From positions 1 to 30,342 of the forward strand of contig JALUEE010000089.1 of assembly GCA_027053075.1 (NCBI GenBank): a DNA stretch of 30,342 bases, in the 5' to 3' direction. The notes beneath the pieces were generated by a model. That model saw only the letters and a program-made list of their open reading frames with translations, did no database searches and had not been told where the DNA came from. Position 1 is the stretch's first letter. Every line of letters starts with the position of its first letter. This stretch comes from a candidate division WOR-3 bacterium (GTDB lineage: Bacteria > Hydrothermota > Hydrothermia > B15-G9 > WFZT01). Below, in pieces: positions 27,314 through 30,342 of the stretch. Position numbers and translations under genes: made by a program.

Positions 27314-28986
27314 GTTTCCTGAATCCGGGATTTCTCTACCTCCTGCCACTTGTGGCACTCCCTTTTATCATCCATTTATTTGCAGCAAAGGTGCAGAGAC
27401 GGGCAAAATTTTCGTGGGTACGCCTCTTAAGGAGTGCCCAATATGAGGGGAAAAAGCGAAGACGCCTGCTCGAGATTCTTATCCTCATTCTGAGAAGCCT
27501 CGCTATCCTGAGCCTCATAATGCTTGCAGCAAGGCCATTCCGGGGTGAGCTTTTCAAATTTAGATACTTCGTGGTGGACTTCTCCCCCAGCGCAAGGCAC
27601 GACACATCAAAAATTTTCTCCATCGCAGAAAAGGTCAAAAGCAAGGGGCTTGATGTTTATTTTCTTGATGACAGGCTCTATGAGAAGCCGGTTATATACG
27701 ACATGCCCGCCCGTTTTAAAAAATTAGGAAGCCTTGGGAAACCTGCCATCATTTTGAGTGATTTTCAGAGTTCCAATGTTTCAGATTTCAAGGACACAAG
27801 TTTTCTTGCGGTAAAGCTCAGACCACCCCGAGATGAGCTTAAAGTCCTTGGAGTGAGGGTTCAGCCCGGAATTACCATGCAGGGCTTTGAGGCAAGCTTA
27901 AAGGTATTCCTGAAGGCAACCCGTCGGATGGCAGTTAGACTTAATCTTTATCGAGAAGAAAAACTAATTGCCGGTGGCAACTTTGAGGTTAATCCTGACA
28001 GTGTGAACCAGCTAAACCTCAAATTCATCCCGGAAAAGGGAGGTATATGGAAGGTAGAAGTGCTCCCGCTCGATGAACTGCCGCAGGACAATGTTAGATA
28101 CTTTAACCTCACCGTGCTCGAAAGGCTTCGCGTGGGAATTATAGGAAACAACAGATTTATTGCAAGAGCATTGAATCCCTTCCGGATAAAAAATTACCCC
28201 GTTCAGGTGACAGAGAATATTCAGACAAATTTTGCAGGATTTGACGCGATCTTCCTCACCAATCCCGATTTACCTCTTGAGAGGCTCATCATGGTAATCC
28301 GCTACGCTGAATCCGGTGGAAACTTAGTGATTTTTACCGATAAGATCACAGCCCCCATCATCAACGCCCTTGGACTTAATATCGAACCGGTGGAATCGGC
28401 TAAAGTGGTAATTGAAAAGGATACCCTGACCTTCCCACGGGCTATTGCTTTTGGGGACGGGAAGGCCATCCTCGGGGACTCAAAGGGGAAAAAAATTGCA
28501 GTAATCAAGCCATTCTCAAAAGGCAGACTCGTCCTGGTGGGTCTGCCTGCGGATGTCAGCGAAACTTTATTCCCCATATCTCCATCATTTGTTCCGTTTG
28601 TTTATTCATTGCTGGAAAGGCTCTTTAACGTCAAAACAAATACCCGTGTAACCACCGCTGGCACCCCCTGCATTTCCATTATAGATTCAAACCTGACGGT
28701 TGTTACACCTGAGGGGAAAAGAGCGTCCTGTAAGGACTTAAACTTTCCGAAAGTAGGATTTTACCGTGGAAAGTGGAGCTTTGGAATAAATCTTCCTCCA
28801 TCTGAAGCAGAGGAGAGGTTTTTAAGTGACAAGGAACTTGACGACCATTTCAAAGCACATACATCGCTTGAAAATTTCGAAAATATTGTCAGAAGCTCCC
28901 GCAGTTTCACGTTAATCTTTGTCTATTTCCTGATCTTCTACGTCCTCGTCGAATCCCTCATACTTGGGTGGAAATTTAGATTGTAA
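27310..28986 (+). CDS. BatA (N-terminal double-TM) domain membrane protein
   Basis: MSFLNP.FL.LL..ALP.IIHL, FS.V.LL, LILILRSLA...AARP, degenerate vWA (D.SPS, ILSDFQ), DN.RY, C-terminal TM. Confidence 0.85.
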   Translation: MSFLNPGFLYLLPLVALPFIIHLFAAKVQRRAKFSWVRLLRSAQYEGKKRRRLLEILILILRSLAILSLIMLAARPFRGELFKFRYFVVDFSPSARHDTSKIFSIAEKVKSKGLDVYFLDDRLYEKPVIYDMPARFKKLGSLGKPAIILSDFQSSNVSDFKDTSFLAVKLRPPRDELKVLGVRVQPGITMQGFEASLKVFLKATRRMAVRLNLYREEKLIAGGNFEVNPDSVNQLNLKFIPEKGGIWKVEVLPLDELPQDNVRYFNLTVLERLRVGIIGNNRFIARALNPFRIKNYPVQVTENIQTNFAGFDAIFLTNPDLPLERLIMVIRYAESGGNLVIFTDKITAPIINALGLNIEPVESAKVVIEKDTLTFPRAIAFGDGKAILGDSKGKKIAVIKPFSKGRLVLVGLPADVSETLFPISPSFVPFVYSLLERLFNVKTNTRVTTAGTPCISIIDSNLTVVTPEGKRASCKDLNFPKVGFYRGKWSFGINLPPSEAEERFLSDKELDDHFKAHTSLENFENIVRSSRSFTLIFVYFLIFYVLVESLILGWKFRL

Positions 28987-29093
28987 TACCAATATCGATT
29001 TAGAATTATCCTAATTTTTTCCAACAGTGTCAGGTGGAACTTTTTATACAAAACACGACCATAAGGTGCACTATGTATGAGTCCGAAATATTG

Positions 29094-29120
29094 TTTACCC
29101 ATTCCACCCCGGCCCTCCCT
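29094..29120. repeat. Left half of the REP-like repeat, interrupted by IS110
   Basis: TTTACCCATTCCACCCCGGCCCTCCCT is 25/27 identical to 485-511. Similarity ends inside the left arm of the palindrome. Confidence 0.7.
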
Positions 29121-29179
29121 CCTATAATGTTTGTTGTTATTTATTAGGGTTATCACTCACAATATAGAGAAAAACTTTA

Positions 29180-29355
29180 GGGGAGGTGGAATGAGTGGTT
29201 TTTAGATCTTTCCCCTCCTTGGGGCTTGACCCCGGCGGGAAGATTGGTCCCTCCACCTGGGGTATAAGCCTGGATTGTTATTTGTGCCTGAATCACTCGA
29301 TTCAGGAGGTTAGGCTATACCCACTTCGGTGGAGGATTCCACTCTCCACCTCCTC
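29180..29355 (+). ncRNA. Candidate IS110 bridge/seek RNA
   Basis: Closing stem 29182-29198 with 29339-29353. Hairpin 1 at 29205-29245 and hairpin 2 at 29250-29335 each have an internal loop; loop sequences resemble the insertion junction. Folded by eye only. Confidence 0.65.
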
Positions 29356-29379
29356 AAAAATAAAAAAAGGAGGTCTAAC

Positions 29380-29991
29380 ATGGATAAGTTATATGTAGGC
29401 ATAGACGTAAGCTCAAAAGAACTATTCGCCTCCTTCCTCGATGATAATTCAAACCCCGTCATATCCTCCGCTAAATACCCCAATACCCCTGACGGCTGGC
29501 ATGACATCTCCCAACTCATATCCTCACTCTCCAAAAACTTCAAAATCGTCTGCGGCCTCGAATCCACCGGTGACTTCCATATCGGTATCCTACACACCCT
29601 CGAAGCCATGGATAACATTGAAGTTCATCAACTCAACCCCGCATCCGTCCGTTACTTCGCTAAAGCACTCAACGTCAGTGCCAAAACTGACCGTATCGAT
29701 GCTCAAATTATAGCCCGCTACCTGGCCACTATCAAACCTCAGGGAGACTATCACGTTCCACTCTTCCTCCAACGCCTGCGTCATCTCGTTCGCATAAGAC
29801 GTACCTTCATAGAGAATATGGCCTCTTTAAAAAATCAATTGTACCATATACTGAGAATTTATTTCCCTGGATACAGGATTCTTGTGAAGAGTGGGTTACC
29901 TATCAGTTTTCTACACATACTCCAGAGATTTCCATCACCACATTTAATACTGGGAGCTGGAGAAGAGGAATTAATGAAGATAAGGGTTGGG
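29380..29991 (+). pseudogene. IS110-family DEDD transposase/recombinase, N-terminal ~204 aa
   Basis: YVGIDVS, GLESTG, NPA, AKTDRIDAQIIA; AGGAGG SD before ATG 29380. The C-terminal catalytic-Ser domain is cut off; the frame reads into IS3 and stops at 30021. Confidence 0.92.
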
Positions 29992-30216
29992 TGTCAAGTC
30001 CTGAAATGTGTTGACATTTAAAAGGGGGACTCCCCTCAGCATGGCCTACCTCCTCTCTTCACCTCAAATCCCTCTATCTCTACCTCCCCACTGTACACCT
30101 CACTCGGCGTCGCATACCCCAACGACTGATGCGGCCTCTCCTCATTGTACAACTCTATCGCCTCCTCCACAGCACCCCCTATCCCACTCTTAAATACTTC
30201 TTCCAATCCGTTATTC
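29992..30216 (-). mobile_element. Second, shorter IS3-family 3' remnant
   Basis: Reverse complement of 244-467 with one substitution and a 1-nt insertion; starts TGTCAAGTCCTGAAATGTGTTGACA. Confidence 0.88.
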
Positions 30217-30342
30217 GGGTGTTAGAATAATTTTGTGTAAGGAGTACAATATAATACTCCCCCAGGTCCGTAGGACCTGGGGGCAAAAATTACATCATAA
30301 GGAGGTTCTACTATGACTGATTATAACACAAACCAGCATAAA
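30217..30342 (+). mobile_element. Left end of the probable IS256-family IS (second copy), transposase start at 30313 running off the window
   Basis: Exact reverse complement of 1-126; AAGGAGG at 30299-30305, ATG at 30313. Confidence 0.6.

Larger units (their letters stand above)
29121..29991 (+). mobile_element. IS110-family element, left end plus 5' part of the recombinase gene (truncated by IS3)
   Basis: Begins where the REP-like similarity stops (boundary uncertain by ~3 nt). TATAAT at 29123-29128, a ~260-bp structured non-coding end, then the DEDD recombinase ORF. Confidence 0.8.

Noticed and set aside
485..29120. CRISPR array, tRNA or rRNA genes
   Set aside because: No regularly spaced repeats or recognisable tRNA/rRNA seen by eye; the palindromes are isolated.
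30008..30193. 61-aa ORF duplicated at 266-451
   Set aside because: Antisense frame of the IS3 remnant; the duplication just reflects the IS copies.
1..30342. Linear plasmid or phage with terminal inverted repeats
   Set aside because: The terminal repeats are IS fragments cut mid-transposase, and the interior is housekeeping with no replication or virion genes.

Overview
A ~30 kb chromosomal segment, probably a whole contig, from a diderm bacterium. The gene set (T9SS-type C-terminal domain protein, DUF2723, 6-domain S1, SPT-like enzyme) suggests an FCB-related lineage such as WOR-3; this is inference only. The core is housekeeping: rsfS-argS-rph; a minus-strand operon of DUF2723 glycosyltransferase, a conserved 374-aa hypothetical, the transketolase C-half, ftsE-ftsX-envC and an AI-2E transporter; a serine-palmitoyltransferase-like enzyme plus a rubrerythrin-like protein; menG/ubiE; cmk-plsC-ispH-rpsA; then a LolA-like protein, two CPBP proteases, DUF58 and a BatA-like protein. 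AT-richer accessory genes (AAA+/DUF4143 ATPase, orphan ABC exporter, Asp-box secreted protein) are interspersed. Both ends are nested mobile DNA in inverted orientation: the same 126-bp IS left end (probably IS256 family) joined to the 3' end of an IS3-family element, at two different junctions. The most interesting feature is at 29094-29991. An IS110-family recombinase gene (truncated by the IS3) sits inside a half-copy of a palindromic REP-like repeat whose intact copy is at 485-528. Its non-coding left end folds into a ~175-nt RNA with two internal-loop hairpins whose loops match the insertion junction, i.e. a candidate bridge RNA programmed against a host repeat.
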